Shown piece by piece: positions 25,296 through 38,199 of a DNA stretch of 64,000 nucleotides. The stretch comes from Octopus vulgaris (lineage: Eukaryota): contig OX597822.1 in assembly GCA_951406725.2 (NCBI GenBank), positions 78,368,001-78,432,000 of the forward strand. Direction: 5' to 3'. The translations under genes and the position numbers were made by a program. Within the stretch, counting starts at the first letter, position 1, and the number at the start of each line of letters is the position of its first letter. The notes below the pieces were generated by a model. It did not search any database, was not told the DNA's origin, and saw nothing but the letters and a program-made list of their open reading frames with translations.

Positions 25296-26180
25296 CTAAT
25301 CTCCTTCAATGTAGGATGGTCTGGCTTCAATGCACTTGTATCTCTCTACCCTCTTCGTGAAGGCCCCCATGTATGAAAGCCCTCCTAAGTGAACGTATCC
25401 AGCACCCTTATCTTAGCCTCCTTCATCTTCTCGGTGTCTTAAAATCGATTGCTCCGGAAGTTCTCCTTCAGTTTGGGGAGCCAAAAGTCACAGGGAACAA
25501 GGTCTACACTGCGGGGAAGGTAAGGGACAGTTTTGATGCTCATCTTTGTCAAGTAGTTGGTTACCAAAGTGGAAGTGTGGACCGGTGCATTGTCCTGGTG
25601 CAAATGCTACCGACTCAACAGGAAGATCTCCGGTTTTTAGGGACGTAATCTCTACTTGAGTACTCTCAAGACTTCCACAAAGTACTTTAGTTGATGTAGA
25701 TGAGATCCTTGCTATTGAGAAAGTGGATCATCCCGATGAACTTGCTTTGTCTGGCTTTTTTTTAGTATCGGAGTAGCCAGTAGAGTCCAGCTTTCGCCAC
25801 AGGTCACCAGAGACTCAAATACTCTTGGGTTGGATGCAATGAGCTCAACCATCCTCCTGCAGTTACCTACGCGTCTTTCCTTCTGTTCGTCACTGAGTAC
25901 TCTGGAAATAAACTTTGTACACATTTTACATCCTGTTCAGATCTTAATAAACAATTCTATGTACAGTTGCCACACCAACTCAAAACTGAATGTTTATCGT
26001 CTTTAGAGATATGCGACAGTCTTCATCCAGAATGTGGCGAACTTTTCCAACAAGCTCTGATGCTCTGATGTCCTCTCCGTCCCACACCTCTCATCTCGCC
26101 TCTACTGTCCTTGAGCCTTTTGTACCAGTTTAACACAAAATTTTATTGCATAGCAGGCTTCCAAAATGTCTTCACGTCAT
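25296..26180 (-). pseudogene. Mariner (DD34D-type) transposase pseudogene
   Basis: Minus-strand frames: CYAIKFCVKL, KMCTKFISRVLSDEQKERR..LVTCGESW, HLHQDNAPVHT, PYLPRSVDLVPCDFWLPK, RYKCIEARPSYIEGD*; multiple stops and frameshifts. Confidence 0.9.
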
Positions 26181-27025
26181 GAGTGCACTCTGCAAACTAA
26201 TCAGCTGTAACAAGTAGTGTTAAGTAGGGAATGCGTATTCAAAGTGGTGTTATAGCTGTTGACACCTTTCCGTAATCTGTTTTGGTTGTATAAGTGACTC
26301 TACATCATCCGTATTATACACACACACACACACACAAATATAATTTACTGTAACATAATGAACAGATTACATTTCAGAACATTTCATGGCAAGTTAAAAC
26401 ACAGGATTCAGATATATATAGGAAATAGTTTCATTATACAGACTCAGATAAAAGGTGTATTCAGCATACTTCATTTTTTTACAAATATTAGAAATTATCA
26501 TTTATGGTGTGTACTAAAGGAGCAAAAATGAATTCTGAAAAAAAAATCAAAGAATAAAATATAAAATAAGAAATGTACCATTCTATATTCTGCAAGAATC
26601 CCAAGGAAGATTCTTGGGGAGACTTGTCATCAAACCTCAAGATAAAATTCCTGCTAATTAATTTAGTTTGTCCTAGCTTAATAATAATCATTTCTACTAG
26701 AAGCACAAGACCTGAAATTATTGGGCTGCTAACCATTTTGACCGGCGTGGAAAGGATTCTGCCAGCTCGCCGGAGAGGAATTCTTTGGGTTTTGAATAAT
26801 TCACCTCTGGAAACATGGCTGTTTCCTTTAACATCCCCAAGCAAACCTTATTTGGGGACCTTTTGAATGTGATGGGCTACTCGACATGAAGAAAGTTCTA
26901 ACTCGGCCCACCTGCAAGATCATGCGCTGTTTGCCTTAATATGAGATCACCATGTCACGCACATATGATTGTGATACGTATATTTGTACCCCAGTATCAC
27001 TTTCATGACAAGCACTGCTCTCTCA

Positions 27026-27114
<89 letters not shown>

Positions 27115-27124
27115 TGATGATAAT

Positions 27125-27301
27125 AACATCGAAAAATACCTTACGAATGAGAATCTAGGTTCGAAATTTCCCCAAGACACCTGATGAAGGCTGGAGGGTA
27201 TATCAGCCGAAACGTTGTGTTAACAACAAACAAGGTGAGGACAAATATCCATCAAATGTAAATAATGTAAATAGTGTACACAATTCCTCATCTCTTAAAT
27301 A
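27125..27301 (+). mobile_element. ~175-bp hammerhead-containing non-autonomous element (Penelope pLTR-like), copy 1
   Basis: Lies between (TAA)n and (TA)n/(TATG)n; near-identical to 57127-57257 and 58801-58995. Confidence 0.75.
27176..27221 (+). ncRNA. Minimal type I hammerhead ribozyme
   Basis: GACAC-CTGATGA-A-GGCTG-GAGGGTATAT-CAGCC-GAAAC-GTT-GTGTT: canonical core, stem I GACAC/GTGTT, stem II GGCTG/CAGCC, loop-less palindromic ACGT stem III, GUU triplet. Confidence 0.75.
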
Positions 27302-27337
<36 letters not shown>

Positions 27338-27351
27338 TGTATGTATGTATG

Positions 27352-27382
<31 letters not shown>

Positions 27383-27898
27383 CTTTTTTACTTTTTCTTT
27401 TCCTTTTTCCTTTTTCTCCCGTGTATATTCCTCCGATAAACTCTAAATCATTCTGTTACATGGAACGAGATGGAATGCAAATTTACCTCAAAATTTACAA
27501 ACTGAAACAACTGTAAATGTTATTTTAACTACAATTAAACTGTGACCATTTAATACCAATGAACAACTTCTAATTGTTAATAGTTGCTCCATTTCTTTTC
27601 TTATCTGAATATATTAAACCACGGTTTAGCATTTAAATTACCAACTACTGTTAACCTTATAGCAAGGCCTATACATAATGAGGTAATGCACCAGTAGCGC
27701 CTACGGATACGTTTATCCCTTAGACGGTTGCATAAGCTCTAACTCATGATATATCTGTGGTTAAGCAACTTGTTGCAAAAAACCCTTATTGTTATAATTA
27801 TATAAGTTTTTACCGAATATAGTCCTTTTCCATACCGAAATACTACTAGGTGAAATTTGTTGATTTTATTAAATTAATTATATTTCACCGTATATCTA

Positions 27899-27942
<44 letters not shown>

Positions 27943-27944
<2 letters not shown>

Positions 27945-28107
27945 GACGGGCTTCTTTCAGTTTCCCCTCTATCGAATCCATTCACAAGGCTTTGATCGGC
28001 CCGAGGCTAAAGTAGAAAACGCTTGCCCAAGGTGTCACGCTGTGAGACTGAACCCAGAACCATATCGTTGGTAAGCAAGCTTTTTAGCACACAGCCACCC
28101 CTGTGCC
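27943..28107 (-). mobile_element. SINE family B head and body
   Basis: GACGGGCTTCTTTCAG...CTTGCCCAAGGTGTCACGC...ACACAGCCACCCCTGTGCC. Confidence 0.8.
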
Positions 28108-28125
28108 TAACAAGTAACCTGCCCC

Positions 28126-28197
28126 CCCCCCGGCAGGGAATCGAACCCCAGTCTCCCGCGTGACAGACGAGGATACTTACCACTATACTACCTCGAA
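28126..28197 (-). pseudogene. tRNA-Asp(GTC)-derived pseudogene
   Basis: Minus: TTCGAGGTAGTATAGTGGTAAGTATCCTCGTCTGTCACGCGGGAGACTGGGGTTCGATTCCCTGCCGGGGGG (72 nt). Colinear with eukaryotic tRNA-Asp, GTC anticodon, A and B boxes retained; acceptor stem has G.G and A.G mismatches and several stems have C>T changes. Confidence 0.8.
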
Positions 28198-28601
28198 CCA
28201 TATAAGTATAATTTTTTCATAAATTAGGTTCAGTTCCAGCGGGGAACTAGTCGATGCTTTCGAACGCAGTATTTGACTGGTATTTTATTTTATCGACCCC
28301 GAAGGGATGAAAAGCAAAGCTGACATTGGCAGGATTTGAACTCAGGACGTAAAGAACCAGAACATTGTTGTGGTGATGATGAGTGGATTCGGCGGTGGTA
28401 CTGGTAGTAGTAGTGGTTGTGATGGTGATGGGTGGTGCACTATTAGTAGTAGTGGTGGTGGCGGTGGTGGTGATGTAACTGGTAGAATGTTTGTAGCGGT
28501 GGTGGTGATGTTTGTACAGAGTGTGGTAGTGAGTGGTGGTAGTGGTGCTGATGACGTTGCGTAGTGAAGGTAGTAGTATTACGTGGTAGTAGTGATGATG
28601 G

Positions 28602-28657
<56 letters not shown>

Positions 28658-29491
28658 TTGGTGATGGCGACTGTAAGTGTTTTCCGAAAATTTTCCGTAT
28701 TGGGTAATTTCCAAATGATAAATTAATTCGATCTCTGACCTTAATCAATGGTTGTTTGATATTATCGATTTGTCTGTGTGTCGAGGTGAGAGAGAGAGAA
28801 AGGGAGAGAGAGGGGGGAGGGAGGGAGAGACTGAAGCAGGATTAGGGTCGAAAAAGCCGAAGGTGAAGTGGGGAGGAGGGAGCAAATGAGAAGGGTTCAA
28901 ATAAGAATTGGAGTATGATAGGGAGAGAGAAATTTGTGAGTGTGTTTGTGCGTACATATAAGTGTTTGTGTGTGTGTGTGGGTGTGTCTGAGTATGTATA
29001 TATTATTTTAGTCTTTGTTGTGTGCGCGTATGCGCGTCTGTGCGTTTATGCGTGTGCAAGAGTGTGTGTATGCAAGTGTGTGTGTGTGTGTGTGTGTGTA
29101 TGTGCAAATGTCTGTGATTATGTGTGTATGTTTGCAAATGTATGTGCGTGTATGTATATATGCTTGTGTATGTATAATATATATCTGTGTTGTGTGTGCA
29201 TGTGTGCGTGTGCAAATGTCTGTGATAGTGTGTATAAGCGCAATTGTATTTGTGTGTGTGTTTGTGTGTGAGTGTGTGTGTGTGTGCTTGTATGTGTGTG
29301 TGTGTTGTGTGTGTGTGTGTAGGCTAGGTAGGAGACATGTGAATGCACCAGACTATAATTTCCGTATCATATAAGCAGCCAAAACCGATTGCATTGTTCT
29401 GCAAAAACTCTCAGTTCGCATAAACTTACCCATGGCGCTGTGGTGTGTCTACTGCATGTTCGCTGTATTATGTTTTAATATTCCCGGTTTG

Positions 29492-29895
29492 TAAGGCGGC
29501 GAGCTGGCAAAAACGTTAGCACTCCGGGCGAAATGCGTAGCCGTATTTCGCCTGCCGCTACGTTCTGAGTTCAAATTCCGCCGAGGTCGACTTTGCCTTT
29601 CATCCTTTCGGGGGCGATTAAATAAGTACCAGTTACGCACTGTGGTCGATATAATCGACTTAATCCGTTTGTCTATCCTTGTTTGTCCTCTCTGCATTTA
29701 GCCCCTTGTGGGTAGTAAAGAAATAGGTGTTTCGGCTGCCGTTACGTTCTGAGTTCAAATTCCGCCGATGTCGAATTTGCCTTTCATCCTTTCGGGGTCA
29801 CTAAATTAAGTTCCAGTTGCGTACTAGGGTCGATCTAATCGACTGGCCCTCTCCTTTCCCCAAAAATTTCGAGCCTTGTGCCTAGAGTAGAAAAG
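29492..29895 (+). mobile_element. Full-length dimeric SINE family A with TSD
   Basis: Head GGCGGCGAGCTGGCAAAAACGTTAGC, two Nin-like units, tail GTGCCTAGAGTAGAAAAG; 15-bp TSD AATATTCCCGGTTTG (29477-29491) / AATATTCCTGGTTTG (29896-29910). Confidence 0.9.
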
Positions 29896-31177
29896 AATAT
29901 TCCTGGTTTGGTTCGCTTCTTAAAGCTTTACTGAGTTACCCCATAAGCACATACGTCCACACTGTCATTCCGTTGGTTAGGTCGACGAGGGTTCCAGTTG
30001 ATCCGATCTGAGTGGACTGCAGCAATGCGAAATAAAGTATCTGGCTCCAAGACACGACGCGCCGCCGGAAATCGAACTCAACACCAAGCGATCGCGAACC
30101 GAATACCCTAACCACTAAGCCACACGTCTTCACAACGCACATATACGCATACACAATACAAAAGCACAAACGGCGGACCAATATTGATGACGTAATGTGA
30201 ATTACAGAGCAAAGACGGCGAGCTGGCGGAATCGTTTGCACGCTGGGCAAAATGCCGTCCTTATGTTCTGTGTTCAAATACTGCTGAGGTCGACTGTGCC
30301 TTTCATCCTTTCGGGTTCAATAAAATAATGTACCAGTTGAACACTGGGGTCGATGTAATCAACTTAACCTCATCCTGAACTTGATGGCCTGGTGCCAAAA
30401 CTTGAAGCCAATACGAATTACGCTAATAGGCTCATGGTTCCGGGTTCAGTCCAAGGGCGTGGCACCTTGGGCAAGTGACTTCTACTATAGCTACAGGCCG
30501 ACCAAAGCCTTGCTAATGGATTAGCTAGATAGAAACTGGGAGAAGCTCGTCGCAGCATGGCCGCAGTCTAATGGCTGTAGCAAGTAAACGATGCAAGATA
30601 TATAAGGGAGAATTATACATGTGAAGAGTTGGACTTCAATCCAATTACGTGGGTTGTTGAGAGTCAAGTGTCTGTCTGTCGCTCTTGTCTTCAAAAGCAA
30701 CGTTAACACAAGGAGCTACATAACATTTAATGTTGTTTGTTAACACGGTGAAGACTCGTGGCTCAGTGGTCAAGGTTTTGGGCTCACGATCGTCATGTCA
30801 TGTGTTCGATTCCTGGCTGCGTATTTTTGCCCTGCTCCAGTCCACCCAGCTGACAAAAATGAGTGACCTCTGCGATGGACCGGCGTTCCGTCCAGTGGGG
30901 ATTATCTACGGAAACCAGAAAACCGACCCTATGAGCCTATATGACTCGATAAGGATATTTACATATGTGTGTATGTATGTGGTCCCCATTACCGCTCGAC
31001 AACCGATATTGGTTTGTTAATATTCCTGTAACTCACAGGTTCGGCAAAAGACATTGATAGAATAAATGGCAGACTTAAAAAGCGGGAAAAAAAATGACTT
31101 GGGTCAATTTGTTCAATAGTTGAATGTTTGTGTATTTCCGTATAGCCTCATCAAAGCTTCGAAAAGGAAGGGCGCTT

Positions 31178-31212
<35 letters not shown>

Positions 31213-32113
31213 AAGATGATGGGCTTCTTTTAATTTCCGTCTACTAATCTCTTTCACAATGCTTTGGTTGGTTCGGGTTTTTAGTAGTGGGACAGAACTC
31301 AGGGCCCCATGTTTGGGAAGCAATCTTCTTAAGCACATAGCCATCCCTACACTTCTGGTCATTCGTGATTATATTATTTATTCCCCTGCTTCAAACACTA
31401 TCACACTTTTTTTTATCTCCCTTCGAAACCTGTCGAAAGTCAAGGAGATACACCAAAGTGGTACCATAATGATTTGGTATTATCATCAACAGATGTGTAC
31501 CAGTCACGTAAGCATCTTTATCTCAGAGAGGCTGGTCGAGGTAATGGCCGTTTTATGCAGTGTGGGAGTAAGTGAGAAGACTACTTCGGTCGAGAGATGG
31601 TTATTAAGGACGGAGGTAGGTGTGAAGTACTTAATGTAGAAAAGCGAACACGACAAATTGATGGATACCACCAGGTCAGAAATGAGGCTCTACTAAAGTG
31701 ACCACCTCATTGATGATCAAACATGCACACGCATATACGCGCACGCACGCACACATACACACACACTACCTCAGTCAATAGACTCCAGCCATGCAGGCAC
31801 ACCTCTTTGAAGTGTTTTTTTTTAAAGCATACATACATACATACATACATACATACATACATACATACATACATACACACATACATATGCATGTATCCAA
31901 GTATTTGATTTGTACTTTATTTTATCGACCCCAGAGGGATTAAAGGCAAAGGTGACCCTTGCGGGATTTAATCTAACGCAAACAGCAGAAATAAATATTG
32001 CTTGGTATTTTGTCCGACGCACTGACGGTTCTGCCAGTTTGATTCCATTGATCCCAGTACTCGAGTGGTACTTTATTTCATCGACCACCGAAATGATGAA
32101 CGATAAGTTTGTA

Positions 32114-32929
32114 GACGTACCTACACAAGTGTCCCCATTCAACTTTGCTTCCTCATAACTTTCTGGAAAATGGATGTTTTAATGAAACTTTCTAGAAATA
32201 GACGCAGGTGTGGCTGTGTGGTAAGAAGTTAGCTTCTCAACCACATGCTTCTAGGTTCAATCCCACTGCGTGACACATTAGGTAGTGCTAGGCTGACCAA
32301 AGCCTTGTGAATAAATTTGGTCGACAGAAACTGAAAAAAAATTCCATCGAATGTATACATGTTTATGTGTATGTTTGTGTCTGTGTATGTCCCCAACCAA
32401 TGCTCTCGACCGGTGTTAGTACATTTACATCCCCGTTACTTAGCGGTTCGGCATGAGAGGCCGATAGAATAAGTACCAGACTTAAAACATAATAAACAAA
32501 TAATGGGGTTTATTCCTTTGACTTAAAGGTTCTCCAAGGCGGTGCCACAGCATGACCACAGTTTAATGGCCGAAACAAGTAAAAGAGAAAAGATGAAAGA
32601 CAGATACCTTTCAGGTGATCTAGATTTCATTATATCAGAATTTATATGAAGAAAAAGACTGATGAGCGCACACACATACATACTGATACACATCACATAA
32701 AGTTTCTTCGAAATTTCAGATTTCGTTTCATAGACATATACGTGATGCGCGTCAGTATGTATGTATTCTCGTGCAAACTAATATTCCTCTTTTTTTTCAC
32801 ATTAAATTACAGTGTAATCGTTAACTACTCCATCTGAAGGGTATTTGTAGAAAATTTCATTGAAAAATATCCATTCTTCAGAATATTATGAGGAAGCTAA
32901 GTCGGAAGGCACGTTTGCGTAGGGATGCC
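32114..32929. mobile_element. MITE with ~100-bp imperfect TIRs; left TIR interrupted by a SINE family B copy (~32202-32595)
   Basis: Left ...ACTTTGCTTCCTCATAACTTTCTGGAAAATGGATG..AATGAAACTTTCTAGAAATA|..|GATACCTTTCAGGTG is complementary to CATCTGAAGGGTATTTGTAGAAAATTTCATTG..ATCCATTCTTCAGAATATTATGAGGAAGCTAAGT. Confidence 0.7.
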
Positions 32930-33436
32930 AAGTTATGTTAACCAAAATGGCGTAAGAGGATGGAAATAGTACAAACAAAAATAGATGAAAATAGTACAAA
33001 GATTTACATACAATATCACATGATCACATGATCGACTAGACAATTGGATGTTGTTATATATCGCTGATTACAATGTCCTTTACATCGTTTTATCTTCCGA
33101 ATGATGCCAACATCCTCCTCGATCGGAAGGCTAGTACGTTGCAGGGTTACTCATTTGCGCCAAGTGAAGTGGAGTAATGTGAAATTAGGTGTTACGCTCA
33201 AAAACCCAACACTCCGCTCGGTCTAGGAATCGAACAGTATCAAGCGATCGTGACTGCAACAGCTTAACCACTTGGCCACGCACCTTCTCGTAAAATATAA
33301 AAGTCGTAAATAATATCAAATGCGAACATCACTCTTCATCCGGCAACACATGTATGGCCGACATCTGTGAGCGTTGCATGCTATTTTTTAAAGATTAGAA
33401 ATAGCTTTAAAACATATATATACACGCATGCATATT

Positions 33437-33516
<80 letters not shown>

Positions 33517-33768
33517 TGCTAACTTGTATACATGTAGATACATATACACGCAAATAAGAAAATAAATAGCAGTATAGGAAGAGGGTAAATAATTCGATTA
33601 TGTTGCCATATTTGATCCTTCAGTTTGGAAGGTAATTGAATTATAGAGAATAGAATGTGGAATGTTGAGCGACTGATATATCCATATTTAAATATATACA
33701 AATATGCATACATACGTCCATACATACATTCACGCATACATACATACATAACAAACATACACACATAC

Positions 33769-33799
<31 letters not shown>

Positions 33800-34060
33800 C
33801 ATATATGTATTATGTATATATATATGTATGTATGCATGAATGTATGTATACACACATGCACACGTATATCTCACATATATATATGTAGGCATGTATATAT
33901 ATACACACACGCACACACACACACAGATATATATATATATATATATATATACGTTTGTGTGTATCTTTTGTGCGTATGTATATATACACATATATGTATG
34001 CATGTATATTTAAGATTTATATATATATGTATATACACAGAGTGAGACAGAGACAGAGAT

Positions 34061-34105
<45 letters not shown>

Positions 34106-34190
34106 AAGGCAGACAGAGAGTGAGAGAGAGAGAGGGGTGTTGGTAAGAAAGAATATTTGGATGCACAGATATATAATAAGCAGTATTTCG

Positions 34191-34230
34191 AAAAATGGCG
34201 GTAGTCACGTGATGTGGCACTGATTGATGG
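34191..34230 (+). promoter_or_regulatory. Candidate promoter/enhancer motif cluster (YY1, E-box, Pbx-Hox)
   Basis: AAAAATGGCGG (YY1-like) 34191-34201, GTCACGTGA 34204-34212 and TGATTGATGG 34221-34230 within 40 bp, upstream of a unique CpG-rich block. Confidence 0.4.
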
Positions 34231-35199
34231 ATAAATAGAGAGACAGACGGTGTTAGCGATGGAGGAAAGGCTTTTTTAGAGATACTACAATCAACTCTTC
34301 TGGTTTTTGTCTTTATTGTTTTGTTGTTCGCGTTTTTGTTGCTGTTGTTCAGCACCAGTTTAATCCCGAGAATGTCTTTGAACTTCATTCGGTAGCCGGG
34401 CGTCTGGTTCGGGAGTTCCGGTGTTTTGGGGAGTGCGGAACCACTTCTTAGCTACTAGTGATCACAGGTCTATTCCAACGCGAAGTAGTATCGCCTGTCA
34501 AGGTTCCAGCCGAAGGTTAATTGCCACGATACCGAATTGCCTCCGAAAGACGATCACTCGCTTACAGACCCAACGTAGACGAAGCTCTTCAGCCCCTTCG
34601 CTGTTCATTCAAAGAGAAGATGACTCCATACAAAAACCTGCATCTTGGTAACTACTAGGCTTAAGACACTTTTTGCATCAGACTTATAAAAGTTTGAAGG
34701 GTGAGAGAGGAGAACTGGTTCTGCATAAACTATACTCAAACTATGTTTAGCGGCATTTCGTCTGTCTTCACATTCAGAGATCAAATTCCGCCGAGGTCGA
34801 TTTTGTCTTTCATCCTTTCGGGGGATCGATAAACTAACGTACTAGTCAAGTACTGGGATCGATGCAATAGACTTTTCTCTCTCCCCTAAAAATAGCTGGT
34901 TTTGAGCTAAAATTAGAAAGAACTAGTGTTGCTACAATTATTCTTGCGATTATATATATATATAAAAAAAAAGATACTATATTACAATAAAAAATATATA
35001 GTAAAGAAATAATAAAAAAGGTAAAAATCATGAAATAAAATAAAATTATTTAATCAAATAATCTGAAATAAAGGAATGGTTTGATTGAGAGTAGGGGGAG
35101 AGGGGACGTCAGGGATGAGGGGGAGACGAATGAGGTAAATCTAATTGGCTCACTATCAACAGCTAAACTGTACTAAACTGACAAACAACCTGTGTCGCC

Positions 35200-35389
35200 G
35201 CCACCACTACCACAACCATCACCACCACTACTATGACAACCACCAAGACTACGACTCCGACCATGGGGATAATGATGATGATGATGATGATGATGATGAT
35301 AAAACTGCTTTTGCCACTGATGATGGTGATGATGGTAATACGACGATGCTGATAACAATAATAATAGTAATGATGATAACGACGACGGC

Positions 35390-35461
<72 letters not shown>

Positions 35462-35625
35462 GGTGGTGGTGGTGGTGGTGATGGTGGCGGTGGTGGTAGC
35501 GGTGGTGGTAGCGGTGTGGCGGTGATGGTGGTGGTGGCGGTGATGGTGGTGGTGGCGGTGATGGTGGTGGTAGCGGTGGTGGCGGTGATGGTAGTGGTGG
35601 TGGTGGTGGTGGTGGTGGTGGTGGC
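35200..35625. repeat. (CAC)/(GAT)n/(GGT)n low-complexity tract
   Basis: Directly visible; a similar tract lies at 28370-28670. Confidence 0.9.
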
Positions 35626-36482
35626 GATATATATTTTCCATTCGTATATTTTCTCTGAAGAGGGAAAGGTGAAGCGTAAAAGTGACGATCAGCTGATTTG
35701 AGATATAGACTTGGGTGATTTCATGTGAACGTGTTGAGCAAATAAATATGCTTGGGTAGTTATAAGGACCGGAGGTGGTTGAAGGGTGGAAGACAGAACC
35801 AAAATAGCATGCACACACACACACACACATACACACACACATTCACAGGTACACACACATGCACACACAAATACATAATCATGCTCACATACATACACAT
35901 ATACACGCGCACACAAGCAGATATGCATGTACACACACACATACACACTTACACACACATATACATACACACTTTCTACTCTTCTTCATCTACTGCCTCT
36001 TCTTCCTCTGCCTCCTCTTCTTCCCCATCCTTTTCCAGAAAAACCAGTTTGTAAGTCAATAGCAAGTTCTGAGTGTTTCACCGTTCAGCAATGATTGGTA
36101 TAAAGTTTAAATTTAGGATTTGTATTACTCTATTATAAGACGAAATACGACGGTTATTGAACAAAAAAATAAAATTATCTACAATTTTGGTAATATGGTT
36201 CTGGCAATAAGTTAGCTCTGGAAGGGCAGCGAGCTGGTAGAATCGTTAGCACGCCGGGCGAATTGCTTAGCGGTATTTCGTCTGCCGCTATGTTCTGAGT
36301 TCAAATTCCGCCGAGGTTGACTTTGCCTTTCATCCTTTCAGGGCCGATAAATTAAGTAACATTTAGTCATTTTGGTCCATGAAATTGTATGAAACACACA
36401 GCATTACCTTTCTCCCTGGGCTTCGATTTTGTGTTCCAAATTTCATTATTATCGGTGCAGCAGTTTTCGAATGTATAAGTAA

Positions 36483-37320
36483 CTAGCATTATGACCCGGC
36501 AACGCCGGGTCATAGTGCTAGTGCATGTATATATGTGTATATATATGTGTACATATTACATGTACATCTATATATATACATCTACACATAAAATACAAAA
36601 TTCAAAGTTATATCTTGATATCGCTCGTGATAACAATACTCAAAATATATAACAGACTGGAATTGTAGGCCTGTCTCTTGCAATTTCGATCCATTGTATC
36701 TTGTCCTCCCTCTTGTATAGAAGTGTGGCTACAATCCAGCCTACCTCTACTTCTGGGGGGACATTTTAAATTTTTATCCGGGACGTCCTACGTCCCAGAT
36801 ATAAAGGTGAAAATAAAATATTTCCACTTTGCAAGGTTCGAGTCGAGTACTCCCTTGCACCCTCCGTTGACTCGAACCTTTGTTCTATTGTGGCGAATTT
36901 ACCGCCTCTCGTTAGATACTTGATATCTTTCATAGTCGCACCAAGACACTTTTCAATGGTGCTTTCCTCCATGTGTTCAAATCTTTTTTTTTCTCTACAT
37001 TGTATACTTTATAGACAATAGTCTTTTCTTTAATTTATTTTTTATTTCGTTTGGTGGTGTTATCCTAGATTAAAGTGAAAGTATCTGACATAAAATAGAG
37101 AAATGTTTTTGTTTCACTTTTAACACGTAATACTGAAATAGTGGAGAAGATGTGATATTACTGTGGGCTCGCCCTAGGCAAGAAGATTTTTTGCCCATGA
37201 CACTACATGGACCCTAAGTAAAGCATGTGTAAAATTTGAATGAAATTGGTTGTGTAGTTCTCAAGTTTTAGGGATTCACACATACAGACAGACACACATT
37301 CTCAGTTTTATATATATAGA
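36483..37320 (-). mobile_element. Non-autonomous Helitron
   Basis: Minus strand starts A|TCTATATATATAAAACTGAGAATGTGTGTCTGTCTG and ends with GC-rich hairpin GACCCGGC-GTT-GCCGGGTC followed by CTAG|T; AT insertion site, no TSD. Confidence 0.8.
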
Positions 37321-37916
37321 TTAGTATAAAAAATCCCCTTCCCGGGTGACAATAACATATGTCAGATTGTTGCACAAGTTCTAGCCGTTTTGATAAGGGA
37401 AATCGGAAAGGTATGAAATGATTTCATCGGCATTTACTTGTACCAAAGAGCACTCTCTCGATAGACAACACGTTGATCTCATAAGTGTCGCGTGGTGAAA
37501 ATAAATGCAATTACCAAACTTTCAATTTATTATTTCGTTTTTTCTTCTGCATTTCAATTTGTACATCTGTACTCCCGATTGCGTAGAAGCGCATATGTAA
37601 AAACAACGTCCTTTATTTTTTAATGATTATCTGCTGATATCAAAATAAGTAGTATCTTGAGAAATAAAAAAAATTTCTGGTGGGGTGGGATTTGTGACTC
37701 CAAGGGTCAAAAGGGGGCATTTGGCCAAAATGGGTTGAGAACCTTTGAGCTAATCTAATAGAGATTATTGCAGGGGAGATTGTACAATCTGAAAAAAAAT
37801 GGAACAATCCATAATCGTAGTTTCAGGAGAATTTGAAAAAAAATGTCGAAATTCTCTGTAGACATCAGGTCTATAACTTCCTTAAACATTAAGTGAATTC
37901 TACACAAACTTTAAAT

Positions 37917-38172
37917 CGGTGGTTCACAACTAATCGTTGCCCATGGACCTCTTTAGTTCTTATTTTACTCTACTGGACCTCCACAGCCATTCACTGTATA
38001 TAAAAAACGTCTCATTGCATTTTTATAATTAAATATAATTAAGAATTGTATAAAAAAAAACATTTTTGTGTGTGTATTATAGAAGTATAATCAATTTATT
38101 GTGCATAAATTTTAACAACAAAATTTTACGTAGACCCCTAAGGGTCATGTGGAGGCTGGTTGAGACCTACTG
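37917..38172. mobile_element. hAT (Charlie-like) MITE, degraded
   Basis: Ends CGGTGGTTCACAAC ... GTTGAGACCTACTG; flanks CTTTAAAT / GTTTAATT resemble a decayed 8-bp TSD. Confidence 0.55.
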
Positions 38173-38199
38173 GTTTAATTCAATTCTTGCAACACCACG

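Noticed and set aside
34421-34651. 76-aa ORF containing RRRSSSAP
   Set aside because: GTG start, upstream in-frame stop, no recognisable domain; the region is kept only as a candidate exon or regulatory island.
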